Shown here: piece after piece, positions 26,988-37,860 of the stretch
Position numbering within the stretch: position 1 is the stretch's first letter
How the letters are laid out: every line of letters starts with the position of its first letter
NCBI GenBank assembly: GCA_021825945.1
Contig: JAKAFN010000002.1
Location: 41,915-105,914, forward strand
DNA from: Pseudomonadota bacterium
Lineage (GTDB): Bacteria; Pseudomonadota; Gammaproteobacteria; Burkholderiales; Burkholderiaceae_F
Direction of reading: 5' to 3'
DNA length: 64,000 nt
The notes under the pieces: generated by a model
The model's database searches: none
What the model saw: the letters and a program-made list of their open reading frames with translations, nothing else
What the model was told of the DNA's origin: nothing
Translations under genes and position numbers: made by a program

Positions 26988-29849
26988 TCACCCGGTGTTG
27001 CGCAACCCTGCGGCCACACCATTGATCGAGATATGGATGGCGCGGCGGGCACGCTCATCCAGATCACTGCCGTCGGCACGATGTCGCCGGATGAGTTCGA
27101 CCTGCAGGTGATTGAGCGGATCGATGTAGGGGAAGCGTGCGCGGATCGAGTTGGCGAGCATCGGGTTGTCCTGCAGATTCGAGGAGTACCCCAGGATGCC
27201 CAGCACGTGCTGCGCCGTCCGCGCATGCTCGGCTTCGATCGCCCCGAACACCGACTTGCGCAGCGCTTCGTCGGCGACGAGCCCGGCATATCGCGATCCG
27301 ACGCCAACGTCCATCTTCGCCAAAACCATGTCCATGTTCGACAGCAGCGTCGCAAAAAACGGCCATTCGCGCGCCATCCGCTGCAACAACGCCCAACGCT
27401 CCGCACGGGACTCCGCGCGCTCATCGATCCATTCCTCGACCGCCGAGCCGAAACCGTACCAGCCGGGAATCATCAGGCGACACTGCCCCCAGGAAAACCC
27501 CCACGGAATCGCCCGCAGATCCTCGATCCGATTGGCCGCCTTATCGATCCTCGGTCGGCTTGCCGGGCGGCTACCGATATTGAGCTCGGCGATCTCGGCG
27601 ATCGGCGTCGACGCAAAAAAGTATTCGGCGAATCCCGGCGTCTCGTACACCAGCGCGCGATATGCCTTGTAGGCCCGCGCACTCAAGGCCTCCATCGTCG
27701 CTTCAAAGCGCCGCAACCGTTCCGCGTCCTTGCCGTTGTGTTCCAGCACCGGCGCAAAGCTCGCCTCCAGCGTGGCGGCGACGAGGATTTCCAGATTGCG
27801 CCGGCCGGTCTGCCGGCTGGAAAACTTGTTGGCAATGATCTCGCCCTGTTCGGTGATGCGAATCTGGCCGTCCACCGTGCCCGGCGGTTGCGCGAGGATG
27901 GCATCGTAGGTCGGGCCGCCGCCGCGACCAACGGTGCCGCCACGGCCGTGGAACAGTCGCAAGGGAATCCCGGCGTCGCGGAACAGCGAGACGAGAGCGA
28001 TCTCCGCCTTGTACAGTTCCCAATTCGAGGTGAGAAAACCACCGTCCTTGTTGCTATCGGAATATCCGAGCATGATCTCCTGCGCGCAGTTTGCGCCCTG
28101 CGGATAGAACCGCAAGGTGGCACGCAGGTCGAGGGCAGCGCGCATGATGTCCGGCGCGTTCCGGAGATCGCCGATCGTTTCGAACAACGGGATGACGTGA
28201 AGGTCGACTTCCGCGGGCAGGCCACGGCCGGCGGAGCGCGCCAAGCCAGTCTCCTTGAGCAGGATGACGACCTCGAGCAGGTCGGAAAGCGTTTCGGTGT
28301 GCGAGATGATGGTGTTGCGCACCGCGCGCTCGCCGTAACGGCTGCGCACGGTGCGGGCCATATCGAACACCGCCAGTTCCTTGTGGGTTTCGTCGGAGTA
28401 TCGACTGTACGGGCTATGCAGCAGCCGCGGCTGACCGATCTCGGCAAGCAGCAGCGCAATCCGTTCCGGTTCGGCCAGCGCGCGGTAGTCCTCGCACACG
28501 CTCGCGCCGCGCAGCAGTTCCGCCACCGTCCGCTCATGGACATCGGAACTCTGGCGCAGATCGACCGCCGCGAGATGGAATCCGAACACATCGACGGCGC
28601 GCAACAGACCGCGCAACCGCGGCTTGATCAGCACGGAGCCCCGATGCCCGGCAAGGGAATCGGCGATGGTGGCGAGTTCAGCGGCAAACTCCTCCGCCGA
28701 CGCGTATGGTTGCTCATCGGCGACCTCCTCGCGCAGAACGGCCACCTGTCCCAGATTCCGCGCGGTCGCGGCCAATCGTGCATAGATGCCGGTCAGCGCG
28801 CGGCGGTACGGCTCACCGTGCCGATGCGGGGAAAGTTGCGGCGACCGTGCCGCCAAGGCCAACAGAGGCTCGCTCACCGGCGCCAGCACTGCGGAGATCG
28901 ACAACTCGTCGCCCAACGCATGCACTTCTTCGAGGTAGTGCTGCAGCGCCATCGCCGCCTGGCGGTCGAGCGCTCGCGCCAGCGTCGTCGCGTCGACGTT
29001 GGGATTGCCATCGCGATCACCGCCGATCCACGACCCCATTTGCAGGAACGGTGCGAACCGGGGGCCGACTTCGGCCGCCTCACCCCGTCCGACGCACAAA
29101 CGATCCTCCAGATCGCCATACAAGCGTGGGATCTCGCTCAAAAAAGTCAGCCGATAGTAGGACAACACCGTCTCGATCTCGTCGGCCACCGACAGCCGGG
29201 CATCACGCAGCATGCGGGTCTGCCAGAGAACGGTCACGCAGGCACGAATCCGCTCCTCGTTGACCGTGCGCTCCCGGGGCGTGAGCGGCCCACCCCGCTC
29301 GATCAAGAGGCGTTCGACTTCCCGTTCGGTATCCAGGATGCTCTTGCGCTGCACTTCCGTGGGATGGGCGGTCAGCACCGGCACGATCAGGGCACGATCG
29401 AAAAATTCCGCCACCGCCTCCTCGGACACCCCTGCAGCGTCGAGGCGCGACAGGGCGTAGTCGATGCTGCCCCGCTCGGCAGGCTCCTGCGCCAGTTCCC
29501 GCGCCCGCTGGGTGCGGATCGAGTGGAGATCTTCGGCGATGTTCGCGAGATGCGAGAAATAACTGAACGCACGCACCACCGAATTGGTCTGGATCGGGGT
29601 CAGCCGGTTGAGCAGGCGGCTCATCTGCGCGCCGGCGTCGGGGTCCGTGCCACGACGGAACTGCACGGCAAGCCGACGCACGGTCTCCACCAAGTCGAAA
29701 ATCTCCTGGCCCGCCTGCTCGCGGATCACGTCGCCGAGGATCCGGCCAAGGAACCGGATGTCCTCCCGCAACGGGTCAACCCCGGGGCCGGCGTCGGACC
29801 GAAATTCGGCCCCATCGGGCGCAGTCGTCATGAAGCCGGACTCTTTCAT
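26988..29849 (-). CDS. ppc: Phosphoenolpyruvate carboxylase; start uncertain (29849 or 29831)
   Basis: VLTAHPTE, GSWIGGDRDGNP, QEIMLGYSDSNKDGG, FHGRGGTVGRGGGP, LRAIPW, LRNTG. Confidence 0.97.
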   Translation of the reverse strand: MKESGFMTTAPDGAEFRSDAGPGVDPLREDIRFLGRILGDVIREQAGQEIFDLVETVRRLAVQFRRGTDPDAGAQMSRLLNRLTPIQTNSVVRAFSYFSHLANIAEDLHSIRTQRARELAQEPAERGSIDYALSRLDAAGVSEEAVAEFFDRALIVPVLTAHPTEVQRKSILDTEREVERLLIERGGPLTPRERTVNEERIRACVTVLWQTRMLRDARLSVADEIETVLSYYRLTFLSEIPRLYGDLEDRLCVGRGEAAEVGPRFAPFLQMGSWIGGDRDGNPNVDATTLARALDRQAAMALQHYLEEVHALGDELSISAVLAPVSEPLLALAARSPQLSPHRHGEPYRRALTGIYARLAATARNLGQVAVLREEVADEQPYASAEEFAAELATIADSLAGHRGSVLIKPRLRGLLRAVDVFGFHLAAVDLRQSSDVHERTVAELLRGASVCEDYRALAEPERIALLLAEIGQPRLLHSPYSRYSDETHKELAVFDMARTVRSRYGERAVRNTIISHTETLSDLLEVVILLKETGLARSAGRGLPAEVDLHVIPLFETIGDLRNAPDIMRAALDLRATLRFYPQGANCAQEIMLGYSDSNKDGGFLTSNWELYKAEIALVSLFRDAGIPLRLFHGRGGTVGRGGGPTYDAILAQPPGTVDGQIRITEQGEIIANKFSSRQTGRRNLEILVAATLEASFAPVLEHNGKDAERLRRFEATMEALSARAYKAYRALVYETPGFAEYFFASTPIAEIAELNIGSRPASRPRIDKAANRIEDLRAIPWGFSWGQCRLMIPGWYGFGSAVEEWIDERAESRAERWALLQRMAREWPFFATLLSNMDMVLAKMDVGVGSRYAGLVADEALRKSVFGAIEAEHARTAQHVLGILGYSSNLQDNPMLANSIRARFPYIDPLNHLQVELIRRHRADGSDLDERARRAIHISINGVAAGLRNTG

Positions 29850-29910
29850 TCGGGAGGTTCCGCAACGGAAAAAGGCAACCTTCGATTTTACAAGATGCTG
29901 CGCACTCCGG

Positions 29911-31107
29911 TCAGAGTCGCTCGAAAACTCCCGCCGCCCCCATCCCGGTGCCGACACACATCGTCACCATGCCGTAGCGCAGGTTCCGGCGACGCAAACC
30001 GTGCACCAGCGTGGCGGCGCGGATCGCCCCGGTCGCACCGAGCGGATGACCCAAGGCGATCGCCCCGCCCAGCGGGTTGACCCGCTCCGCATCCAGTTCG
30101 AGCGTCCGGATCACCGCGATCGACTGCGCGGCAAACGCTTCGTTGAGTTCGATCCATCCGAGTTCGTCCTGCCGCAGTCCTGCTGCGCGCAGGGCGGCGG
30201 GAACCGCCTCCACGGGACCGATGCCCATGATCTCCGGCGGCACGCCACGCACCGCGAAGGAAAGGAATCGCGCCAGCGGCGCGAGGTTGAAGCGGCGCAA
30301 CGCCGAATCGCTCGCCAGGATCAGTGCCGCCGCACCGTCGGACATCTGTGAACTGTTTCCCGCCGTCACGCTGCCTCGCGCGGCAAACGCCGGCTTCAGG
30401 CGGGCAAGTACCTCCAGACTGGTGTCGACGCGCGGGCCTTCATCCGTTTCCAGGCGGCGGTGACGCTGCGTCACCTCCCCGGTCGCGAGTTCGGGAACGC
30501 GATCGATCACGTCGAGCGGCGTGATCTCGTCCCGAAATTCGCCGCGCTGCTGCGCCATGACGGCGCGCTCATGCGAAGTCAGGGCGAAGCGATCCTGGGC
30601 CTCGCGGGGAACCTTCCACTGCGCGGCCACCCGCTCCGCGGTCAACCCCATGCCGAATGCGATACCGAGATTGTCGTCTTCGAACAGGCGTGGATTGTAG
30701 GAGGGCTTGTTGCCACCCATCGGCACCATGCTCATCGACTCGACTCCGCCCGCCAGGACGATGTCGGCTTCGCCCACCCGGATGCGATCCGCAGCCATCG
30801 CCACGGCATTGAGTCCCGAGGCGCAAAATCGGTTTACCGTACACCCCGCCGTGGACTTGGGCAGACCGGCATACAACACCGCGGCACGCGCCACGTTCAG
30901 TCCCTGCTCCGCCTCGGGCATGGCGCAACCGATCAGGGCGTCTTCGATGGCGGCGGGATCCAAGCCGGGAACGGCCGCAAGCGCTCCGCGGATCGCGGCG
31001 ACCAACAGATCATCGGGCCGCGTGTTGCGCAACAGCCCGCGCGGCGCCTTGCCGACAGGCGTGCGGGTCGCGGCGACGATGTAGGCATCCTGGACATACC
31101 GATTCAT
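29911..31107 (-). CDS. Acetyl-CoA C-acyltransferase (3-ketoacyl-CoA thiolase)
   Basis: VNRFCASGL (Cys), NEAFA, GGAIALGHPLGATG, MCVGTGMG. Confidence 0.94.
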   Translation of the reverse strand: MNRYVQDAYIVAATRTPVGKAPRGLLRNTRPDDLLVAAIRGALAAVPGLDPAAIEDALIGCAMPEAEQGLNVARAAVLYAGLPKSTAGCTVNRFCASGLNAVAMAADRIRVGEADIVLAGGVESMSMVPMGGNKPSYNPRLFEDDNLGIAFGMGLTAERVAAQWKVPREAQDRFALTSHERAVMAQQRGEFRDEITPLDVIDRVPELATGEVTQRHRRLETDEGPRVDTSLEVLARLKPAFAARGSVTAGNSSQMSDGAAALILASDSALRRFNLAPLARFLSFAVRGVPPEIMGIGPVEAVPAALRAAGLRQDELGWIELNEAFAAQSIAVIRTLELDAERVNPLGGAIALGHPLGATGAIRAATLVHGLRRRNLRYGMVTMCVGTGMGAAGVFERL

Positions 31108-31117
31108 CCCATCCCCC

Positions 31118-33541
31118 CTAATTCCGCACCGGCTTGCCGGTCTGCAGAAAACCCATCAACCGCTCCTGCGTCTTGGGATGCGCGAGGAGCGGAGTGAAGT
31201 GCCTGCGCTCCTGTTCGAGAAACCAGTCCTCGTCGACCAGGGCGCCGGCGTCGATGTCGCCGCCGCAGAGCACTTCCGCGATCTGCACGGCAAGGTGGTA
31301 GTCGTGTTCGCTGGCGAAACCACCCTCGCGCAGATTCGCCGCAAACGCCTTCAAGGTTGCCAGCGCCGAACGGCCTGCGGCCGCAAATCGCCGCCCGCGC
31401 AGCGGCGGCCGATACCCCGTGGCGTGCAAGGTAAACGCCTCGAAGATCGCCGTCCACAGCAACTCCTGCGGATGGAACACTACGGTATCCGACGGCAGGA
31501 GGTAGCCCATCCGGCGTGCCTCATAGGCGGACGTCGAAACCTTCGCCATCGCGGCATTCTCGAACCAGTGACGCAGAAACGGCAGCAGATCCGCGCTTCC
31601 CACCGCCGATGCCGCGGCAGCCGCGCGCATCGCCCCCTCCTTCAAGCCGCCGGCGCCCGGGACGAGTCCGACCCCGACCTCCACCAGGCCGACATACGAC
31701 TCCAGCGCGGCAACCCGCTTGGCGCAATGCAACTGCAGTTCGCAACCCCCGCCCAGCGCCATGCCGCGCACCGCCGCGATGACCGGCACTTGGGCATATT
31801 TCACACCCAGGAACGCATCCTGCATCTGCCGCTGCAATGCGCCGATCGCCGGCGGGCCACCACGCAAGAACGCCGGCAACATCCCCTGCAGGTCCGCCCC
31901 GGCGGAGAAGGGCTCATCCGGCGACCAGATCACCAGCCCGCGATAGCGCGCCTCGGCCAGCGCCACCGCCTTGGCCAGACCCGCGACGACGCCGGGGCCC
32001 ATCGCATGCACCTTGGTCTTGATCGAAAACACCAGGACTTCCGCGGGCATTCCCCCTTCGAGGTGCCAGATTCGGCAGGACTCGTCTTCGTACTCGGTGA
32101 TCCCGCTCGCCATCGGGGAGGGCGATCCGTCGCCCACCACCCTGGGGCGAAAAAGCTGCCGGCGGTGTACCGGAAGCTCGCCGCGGACGACGAACGCATC
32201 CTGCGCCGGGCTCCAGGAACCCTCGGGGGTATGCACCGCCTGCGCGTCGGCCACCGGACCCTCGAAAACCCACGCCGGCATGGGTGCATCGGACATCGCC
32301 TCGCCAGAATCGATATCCGCCCGGATCCACGCCGCGACGCGGGTCCAGCCCGCCTCCTGCCAGATCTCGAACGGCCCGAGATCCCACCCGAACCCCCAGC
32401 GCATCGCGAGATCCACTTCGCGCGCCGAGTCCGCGATCCGCTCGAGATGGATCGCGGCATAGTGGAAGACGTCGCGGAAGATCGCCCACAGGAAACGCGC
32501 CTGCGGATGATCCGTCTCACGCAGCAGGGCAAGGCGCTCCCCGAACGGCTTGCGACAGATGCGTCCGATCAGTTCATCGCCCTTGCGGCCGCCGTCCACA
32601 TAGTCGCCACGCAGCGGATCGAACACCCGGATCGCGCGACCGTCCTTCCGAAAAAAACCGGCGCCGCTCTTCTGCCCCAAGGCACCGCGGTCGATCAGCG
32701 TCTGTAAGACCGCCGGCACGGCGAAATGGGGCGCGAAGGGGTCGTCCGCGGAGCCCAGGTTGTCCCGCATGGTGCCGATGACGTGCGCCAGCGTATCGAG
32801 TCCGACGACGTCCGCAGTCCGGAATGTCGCGCTCTTGGCCCGCCCGATGCGCGTCCCGGTGAGATCGTCGACCACATCGAATGACAGCCCGGCCTTCCCA
32901 GCCTCATGTATCGTCGACAGCACACTGAATACGCCGATCCGATTGGCGACGAAATTGGGAGTATCGCGGGCGCGAACGACGCTCTTTCCAAGAACCGCGG
33001 TGAGAAATGTTTCGAGCCGGTCCAGTACTCCGGAATCCGTCGCGGCGCCGGGAATCAACTCGACCAGCTCCATGTAACGCGGCGGATTGAAGAAGTGCAC
33101 GCCGCAGAACCGGGCGCGCAGGTCGCCGTCCAATCCTTCGGACAATCGGGCGATCGAGAGTCCCGACGTATTGGATGCAAGGATCGCCTGCGGCGCCAGA
33201 TGGGGGGCAATTTTCTCGTACAGCGCGCGCTTCCAGTCCAGACGCTCGGCAATCGCCTCGATCACCAGGTCGCAGTCGCGCAGCGCGGAAAGATCCTCGG
33301 CGTAGTTGGCCGCCGCCAGGAACTGTGCGTCCTCGGGCACGCCCAGCGGCGCGGGACGGATCCGCGACAAGCCCTCGATCGCCCGCCGCGCCGATGCACT
33401 GCGGTCCCCGCCCTCGTCCTTGTCGTCCGGCAGATCGAAGAGCAGCGCCGGCACCCGAGCATTGACGCAGTGCGCGGCGATCTGCGCCCCCATGACCCCG
33501 GCACCGAGAACCGCCACCTTCCGAATTCGAATGTCTTCCAT
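31118..33541 (-). CDS. 3-hydroxyacyl-CoA dehydrogenase / enoyl-CoA hydratase fusion (FadN-like)
   Basis: VLGAGVMG, IEAIAE, SNTSGL, HFFNPP, NFVANRIG, C-terminal crotonase domain (FSAGADL, ALGGGCE). GAGGGGG RBS before ATG 33541. Confidence 0.92.
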   Translation of the reverse strand: MEDIRIRKVAVLGAGVMGAQIAAHCVNARVPALLFDLPDDKDEGGDRSASARRAIEGLSRIRPAPLGVPEDAQFLAAANYAEDLSALRDCDLVIEAIAERLDWKRALYEKIAPHLAPQAILASNTSGLSIARLSEGLDGDLRARFCGVHFFNPPRYMELVELIPGAATDSGVLDRLETFLTAVLGKSVVRARDTPNFVANRIGVFSVLSTIHEAGKAGLSFDVVDDLTGTRIGRAKSATFRTADVVGLDTLAHVIGTMRDNLGSADDPFAPHFAVPAVLQTLIDRGALGQKSGAGFFRKDGRAIRVFDPLRGDYVDGGRKGDELIGRICRKPFGERLALLRETDHPQARFLWAIFRDVFHYAAIHLERIADSAREVDLAMRWGFGWDLGPFEIWQEAGWTRVAAWIRADIDSGEAMSDAPMPAWVFEGPVADAQAVHTPEGSWSPAQDAFVVRGELPVHRRQLFRPRVVGDGSPSPMASGITEYEDESCRIWHLEGGMPAEVLVFSIKTKVHAMGPGVVAGLAKAVALAEARYRGLVIWSPDEPFSAGADLQGMLPAFLRGGPPAIGALQRQMQDAFLGVKYAQVPVIAAVRGMALGGGCELQLHCAKRVAALESYVGLVEVGVGLVPGAGGLKEGAMRAAAAASAVGSADLLPFLRHWFENAAMAKVSTSAYEARRMGYLLPSDTVVFHPQELLWTAIFEAFTLHATGYRPPLRGRRFAAAGRSALATLKAFAANLREGGFASEHDYHLAVQIAEVLCGGDIDAGALVDEDWFLEQERRHFTPLLAHPKTQERLMGFLQTGKPVRN

Positions 33542-33623
33542 TGCCCCCTCATCAACGGTCATGGCAATACACGCCGCTCGGAATGACGACATCCGCCTGC
33601 CGGATGCGCGACGATCCGTCTCA

Positions 33624-35435
33624 TCAGAACCAGTCCGATGCAAAATCCATCAGGTTGCCGGCGCCCGAGCGCGCCGCGCGGATGTGGAACGCGGTCTCGG
33701 GGAGCAGACGCTGGAAATAGAACCGCGCCGTCGCGAGCTTCGCCGGATAGAAGGGGTCGACGCGAACGCCGTCCGACCGGATGCGAGCGAGTGCCCGCTC
33801 CGCCATCCGCGCCCAAAAGTACGCAAACACGAGGTGACCGACCACGCGCAGGGTGTCGACGGCCGCAGCCCCCATCTCTTCCTTGTTGCCCGCCGTCTTC
33901 AGTCCGATTTCCAGCAACAATTTCTCCACCTTGTCCGCGATGTCCGCCAGGGGTGTGACGAACTCGTTCATCTCCGTGGATGTGCCATGCTCCTCGACGA
34001 ACTGCCGGACCAAACTGCCGAACGCGCGCAACCGGGCGCCACCGTCGAGCAGCACCTTGCGACCGAGCAGATCGAGCGCCTGGATGGTGTTGGTGCCCTC
34101 GTAAATCATGTTGATGCGTGCGTCCCGCAGGGTCTGCTCGATACCCCATTCGCGGATGTAGCCATGGCCGCCAAACACCTGCATACACTCGGAGGCGCAG
34201 GCGAACCCGTTGTCGGTGAGGAACGCTTTGACGATCGGGGTCATGAGCGCCGTCATGTCGGCGCCGAATCGGCGTTCCGCGGCATCGGAATGGTGATGCT
34301 GCGCGTCGGCCATGAGCGCGACCCAGTATGCCAGCGCCCGGCCTCCTTCCGCGTAGGCGCGCGCGGTGAGGAGCATGCGCCGCACGTCCGGGTGCACCAC
34401 GATCGGATCGGCTGGACGATCCGGCGCCTTGGGACCGGAAAGGGATCGTCCCTGGAGCCGGTCCTTGGCATATGCTGCGGCATTCTGATATGCGAATTCC
34501 GTAAGTCCCAACCCCTGGATACCGACGTACAGACGCGCGCCATTCATCATCACGAACATGGCGGCAAGCCCCTTGTTCGCTTCGCCCAGCAACCAGCCTT
34601 TCGCGTCTTCGAGTCGCATCTGGCAGGTGGCGTTGCCGTGAATCCCCATCTTGTGTTCCAGTCCCCCGCAGGACACGCCGTTGCGGGCACCGCAACGCGC
34701 GTCGGCGCCGGTTCCCTCCGGCAGAAACTTGGGAACGATGAACAGCGAGATGCCATGCGTGCCGGCTGGTGCGTCCGGCAGGCGCGCGAGCACGAGATGT
34801 ACGATGTTCTCGGCGAGATCGTGCTCGCCACAGGAAATGAAGATCTTCTCGCCGGTGATCCGAAAGCCGCCTTCGGCATCGGGCACCGCCTTGGTTCGCA
34901 ACAACCCGAGATCCGTTCCACAGTGGGGTTCGGTGAGGCACATCGTTCCCGTCCACCGAGCCGACGCCAACTTCGGCAAATACAGGTCCTTCTGCGCAAT
35001 GTCGCCGTTGCGCAGAATGCACTCGTAGGCACCCATGGTGAGCCCCGAGTACATCGCCCACGATTGATTGGCTGCGCAGCGCGTTTCATCGAACGCGATC
35101 TGGAGCAATTGCGGCAGCCCCTGCCCGCCGTATTCCGCATCGGCGGTGAGCCCCTGCCACCCGGCATCGCGAAACTGCGCGAACGCCGCCGCGAAACCGT
35201 CCGGCGTGCGCACGGCGCGTGTCGACGGATCGTAGATGCACCCCTGCTCATCGCCCTTGCGATTCAAGGGAAGCAGCACCTCCTCCGAAAATCGTCCTCC
35301 CTCTTCGAGGATCTGGTCGACCGTCGCGGCGTCCAGTTCGGCATACCGCGGCATCGCGCGCAGCGCGTCGACCGCGCCGAGCAGTTCGTGGATGACGAAG
35401 CGCTGGTCGCGAATGGGCGATTGGTACAAAGGCAT
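33624..35435 (-). CDS. Acyl-CoA dehydrogenase (long, ~600 aa type)
   Basis: MCLTEPHCGTDL, GEKIFISCGEHDL, EHKMGIHG, QVFGGHGYIREWG, IYEGTN. GGAGGA RBS before ATG 35435. Confidence 0.93.
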   Translation of the reverse strand: MPLYQSPIRDQRFVIHELLGAVDALRAMPRYAELDAATVDQILEEGGRFSEEVLLPLNRKGDEQGCIYDPSTRAVRTPDGFAAAFAQFRDAGWQGLTADAEYGGQGLPQLLQIAFDETRCAANQSWAMYSGLTMGAYECILRNGDIAQKDLYLPKLASARWTGTMCLTEPHCGTDLGLLRTKAVPDAEGGFRITGEKIFISCGEHDLAENIVHLVLARLPDAPAGTHGISLFIVPKFLPEGTGADARCGARNGVSCGGLEHKMGIHGNATCQMRLEDAKGWLLGEANKGLAAMFVMMNGARLYVGIQGLGLTEFAYQNAAAYAKDRLQGRSLSGPKAPDRPADPIVVHPDVRRMLLTARAYAEGGRALAYWVALMADAQHHHSDAAERRFGADMTALMTPIVKAFLTDNGFACASECMQVFGGHGYIREWGIEQTLRDARINMIYEGTNTIQALDLLGRKVLLDGGARLRAFGSLVRQFVEEHGTSTEMNEFVTPLADIADKVEKLLLEIGLKTAGNKEEMGAAAVDTLRVVGHLVFAYFWARMAERALARIRSDGVRVDPFYPAKLATARFYFQRLLPETAFHIRAARSGAGNLMDFASDWF

Positions 35436-35497
35436 GATCGTTCCTCCGGCGCGCGGTCGAGGATTCCGGTTGACCGCCGTATCACGGCGGCAGTATT

Positions 35498-37114
35498 TCA
35501 CGAACGCGGGCCGATCGGCGGATCGGAAAGCCGCCGCAACCAATGCGCGGCCTGTCTCGTCGCGTCGCGTCGCCGCGTCCGCCCCCACTTCCGGGCTTGC
35601 GTCCGCACGGCCGCCGAGCGCGTGAGCCGCGCGACGACATCCCGCGCCACCGTCACATCGACGTCCCGTCCCGCCGCGTCCTGGAACCGTTCCAGGGCGT
35701 GCATCGTATCGCGCACGGCATTTTTCGGAAATGCGGCATGCGCCGCTTCCAGCGCATAGCGCAGGTGCTTGGCCGCGATCCGCAACTTGTGCCGCTCCCC
35801 ATCGGACAAGCGGGCGAACCGTCCGCCCCGTCGGACGAACCGACGCAGCAATCGGCCGACCGCCGCGGGGGCAACCATCTGCAACGGCGCCGAATCGCGC
35901 GGTGGTGCCGCGATCCAGTGCAGCAGTTCCAAGGCCCACTGCGCGAACGCCGGGCCGGCGATCTGCGCACGCAACCGGTCCCTCGCGGCTTCGCATTTGC
36001 CGCGCGCACGGCGGATCAGGCCCGGCCATGGACCGGACGTCCCGGCTTCGGCGATGCCGACAGTTGTACCGGCTGCGGCGTCGCGACCGTATGTGCACAG
36101 ATCCGGCAGGGTTTCGGAACAGAAGACATCCCAATCCCGTGCGGCGCCGAAGCGCCGCGCCCAACGGCGCATCTCCCGCACTTGGCTCCGGGAAAGTCCC
36201 TGCTCCGCCGGCCGCCCGGCCGATGTATCGGCCAGGATTTCGACCGCCGCGCGCATCCGACGCAGCGCCACCCGGGCTTGATGGACGTATTCGGGATCAT
36301 CCGACACCGATGCTCCTTCCGCGTCCGCCAACACGACGCCGAGCGCGGCACCAACCAGTTTCCGGCACACCGCATCGACACCGTCCCGGCTGTGGATGCG
36401 CCCGGCATCCGAGATCGCCCGGCTCGCCGGGATGGGGGCCGCCGTCATGCCCATCGCCAGTCGATACCCTCGGGCGGCCTTGGAGTCGCCATAGGGCATC
36501 AGCCGCAAGTCGGCCCTTTTCCTGCGGCGCGTCGCGCCCGCCAGATCGAGCGCCAGCGCCGTCAATGCGGCCGGCGACCCGGACCGCAACTCCAACTCGG
36601 CCTCCAGAATGGGCGCGCGTCGGCTTCCGGCGCGGATTTCTCCGATGTCCAATGCGACCTCGATGTGTGCGCCGTATGCGGAAACATCCCAGATCGTGCG
36701 GACGAATACCGTGCGGAACATCGCGCGCAGACCTTCCGCCGCCGCATCCGCCCCGAATATGCGCGACAGCGGCGCGCCGGCGAACCGCGACAGGTCGAGC
36801 GCAGCGCCGGGCAACGCCGCTTCCCACTCGCCCCGTGTCGACAACGCCGAGTCGCCGCCCTCCCCCTCGGTCTTGATCGTCTGCACCCAGTGCACCCGCG
36901 CTCCGGTTCCGATCCGGCGCAGCCGCAATGCCGCGCGCGCCCGAGCCAACCGCAGATCCGGCGTGTCGTAGTACGTGCTGTCGATCCGGTCCCGGCGCGA
37001 GGTTGCCAGCCGGTCGAGCCGGGTACGAAGCGGCTCCACGTCCTCGGCGCGCAGGCCTAGCTTGAGTTCGGTCTCCCGGGCATCGTTGCCCGCCTGTTGC
37101 TCGTCGTTGGCCAT
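35498..37114 (-). CDS. CYTH + CHAD domain protein (inorganic triphosphatase YgiF-like)
   Basis: ETELKL (ExExK), YYDTPD, LRLR, QTIK, VALDIG, EAELEL; CHAD motifs VHQARVALRRMR and RHKLRIAAKHLRY. Confidence 0.87.
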   Translation of the reverse strand: MANDEQQAGNDARETELKLGLRAEDVEPLRTRLDRLATSRRDRIDSTYYDTPDLRLARARAALRLRRIGTGARVHWVQTIKTEGEGGDSALSTRGEWEAALPGAALDLSRFAGAPLSRIFGADAAAEGLRAMFRTVFVRTIWDVSAYGAHIEVALDIGEIRAGSRRAPILEAELELRSGSPAALTALALDLAGATRRRKRADLRLMPYGDSKAARGYRLAMGMTAAPIPASRAISDAGRIHSRDGVDAVCRKLVGAALGVVLADAEGASVSDDPEYVHQARVALRRMRAAVEILADTSAGRPAEQGLSRSQVREMRRWARRFGAARDWDVFCSETLPDLCTYGRDAAAGTTVGIAEAGTSGPWPGLIRRARGKCEAARDRLRAQIAGPAFAQWALELLHWIAAPPRDSAPLQMVAPAAVGRLLRRFVRRGGRFARLSDGERHKLRIAAKHLRYALEAAHAAFPKNAVRDTMHALERFQDAAGRDVDVTVARDVVARLTRSAAVRTQARKWGRTRRRDATRQAAHWLRRLSDPPIGPRS

Positions 37115-37158
37115 CCGCTTCCGTTCCCAACCCTGTCGCAAAGTGGCACACTGGGGGC

Positions 37159-37740
37159 ATGCGCGGATTCGAGACCGGCCCCCGCATCCTGATCGTCGAC
37201 TCCCACGGACAACCAGTACGATGGGCAGAGCTCCCTCGCGCCGCTCGATACTACGCCTCCGGGAAAGTGGTGAACGACTTGGGCGACGCTGTGTTCGCCA
37301 TGAACGGCGGGATCCAGAAATCCCTCGGAACGCCGTCCACCCTCCACGCCAGTTCGATCGTCATGATCCGCGGCCGCTGCCGCAGCCCGGCCGGCGGCTA
37401 CCGGGTCGCCCTGAGCAAGCACCGGCTGTTCGCACGCGACCGCCATGTCTGCGCATACTGCGGCGCCACATTTCCGGACGGCGAACTCACCGTGGAGCAC
37501 ATCGTCCCCCTTTCGCGCGGGGGCCGGAACGATTGGACCAACGTCGTGACCGCCTGCCGCCCGTGCAACACGCGCAAAGGAAACCGTGCTCCGGAAGAAG
37601 CGAACATGCCGCTGCTCTACGTACCGTACGCCGTCAGCCGCAACGAGGGGTTCATCCTGAGCAACCGGCGCATCCTCGCCGACCAGATGGCCTTCCTGCA
37701 GGCGTCCTTGCCCCGGCATTCGCGGTGGGCGCAGAGTTGA
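37159..37740 (+). CDS. HNH endonuclease
   Basis: RDRHVCAYCG, TVEHIVPLSRGG, NVVTACRPCNTRKGN. Confidence 0.88.
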   Translation: MRGFETGPRILIVDSHGQPVRWAELPRAARYYASGKVVNDLGDAVFAMNGGIQKSLGTPSTLHASSIVMIRGRCRSPAGGYRVALSKHRLFARDRHVCAYCGATFPDGELTVEHIVPLSRGGRNDWTNVVTACRPCNTRKGNRAPEEANMPLLYVPYAVSRNEGFILSNRRILADQMAFLQASLPRHSRWAQS

Positions 37741-37824
37741 ACCGAGAATCGTGCGACGCGGGCGGATGCCCCGCAAAGAAGGAGGGGGCGAAGCCTGCGT
37801 ACCCCACGCGCAAGGAACCCCGAC

Positions 37825-37855
37825 GGCCCCTCCCCCGCGGCGCGGGAGAGGGGCC
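37825..37855. terminator. GC-rich hairpin between convergent HNH and SWIB genes
   Basis: GGCCCCTC-C-CCCGC / GCGGG-A-GAGGGGCC stem, 5 nt from the SWIB stop. No clear U-tract. Confidence 0.45.
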
Positions 37856-37860
37856 CGCGC

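Noticed and set aside
26661-30080. 1139-aa plus-strand ORF, and other long ORFs such as 33306-35759, 7700-9121, 42484-44181, 46606-48486 and 48014-49798
   Set aside because: They are antisense or alternate-frame shadows of clearly identified genes (ppc, fad genes, amtB, gatAB). They are Arg/Gly/Pro-rich with no motifs, as expected in high-GC DNA with few stop codons.
37159-37740. HNH gene as a mobile element, defence system or Cas9/IscB/TnpB-like nuclease
   Set aside because: A 193-aa stand-alone HNH with no RuvC motifs, repeats, array, methyltransferase or flanking transposon ends.
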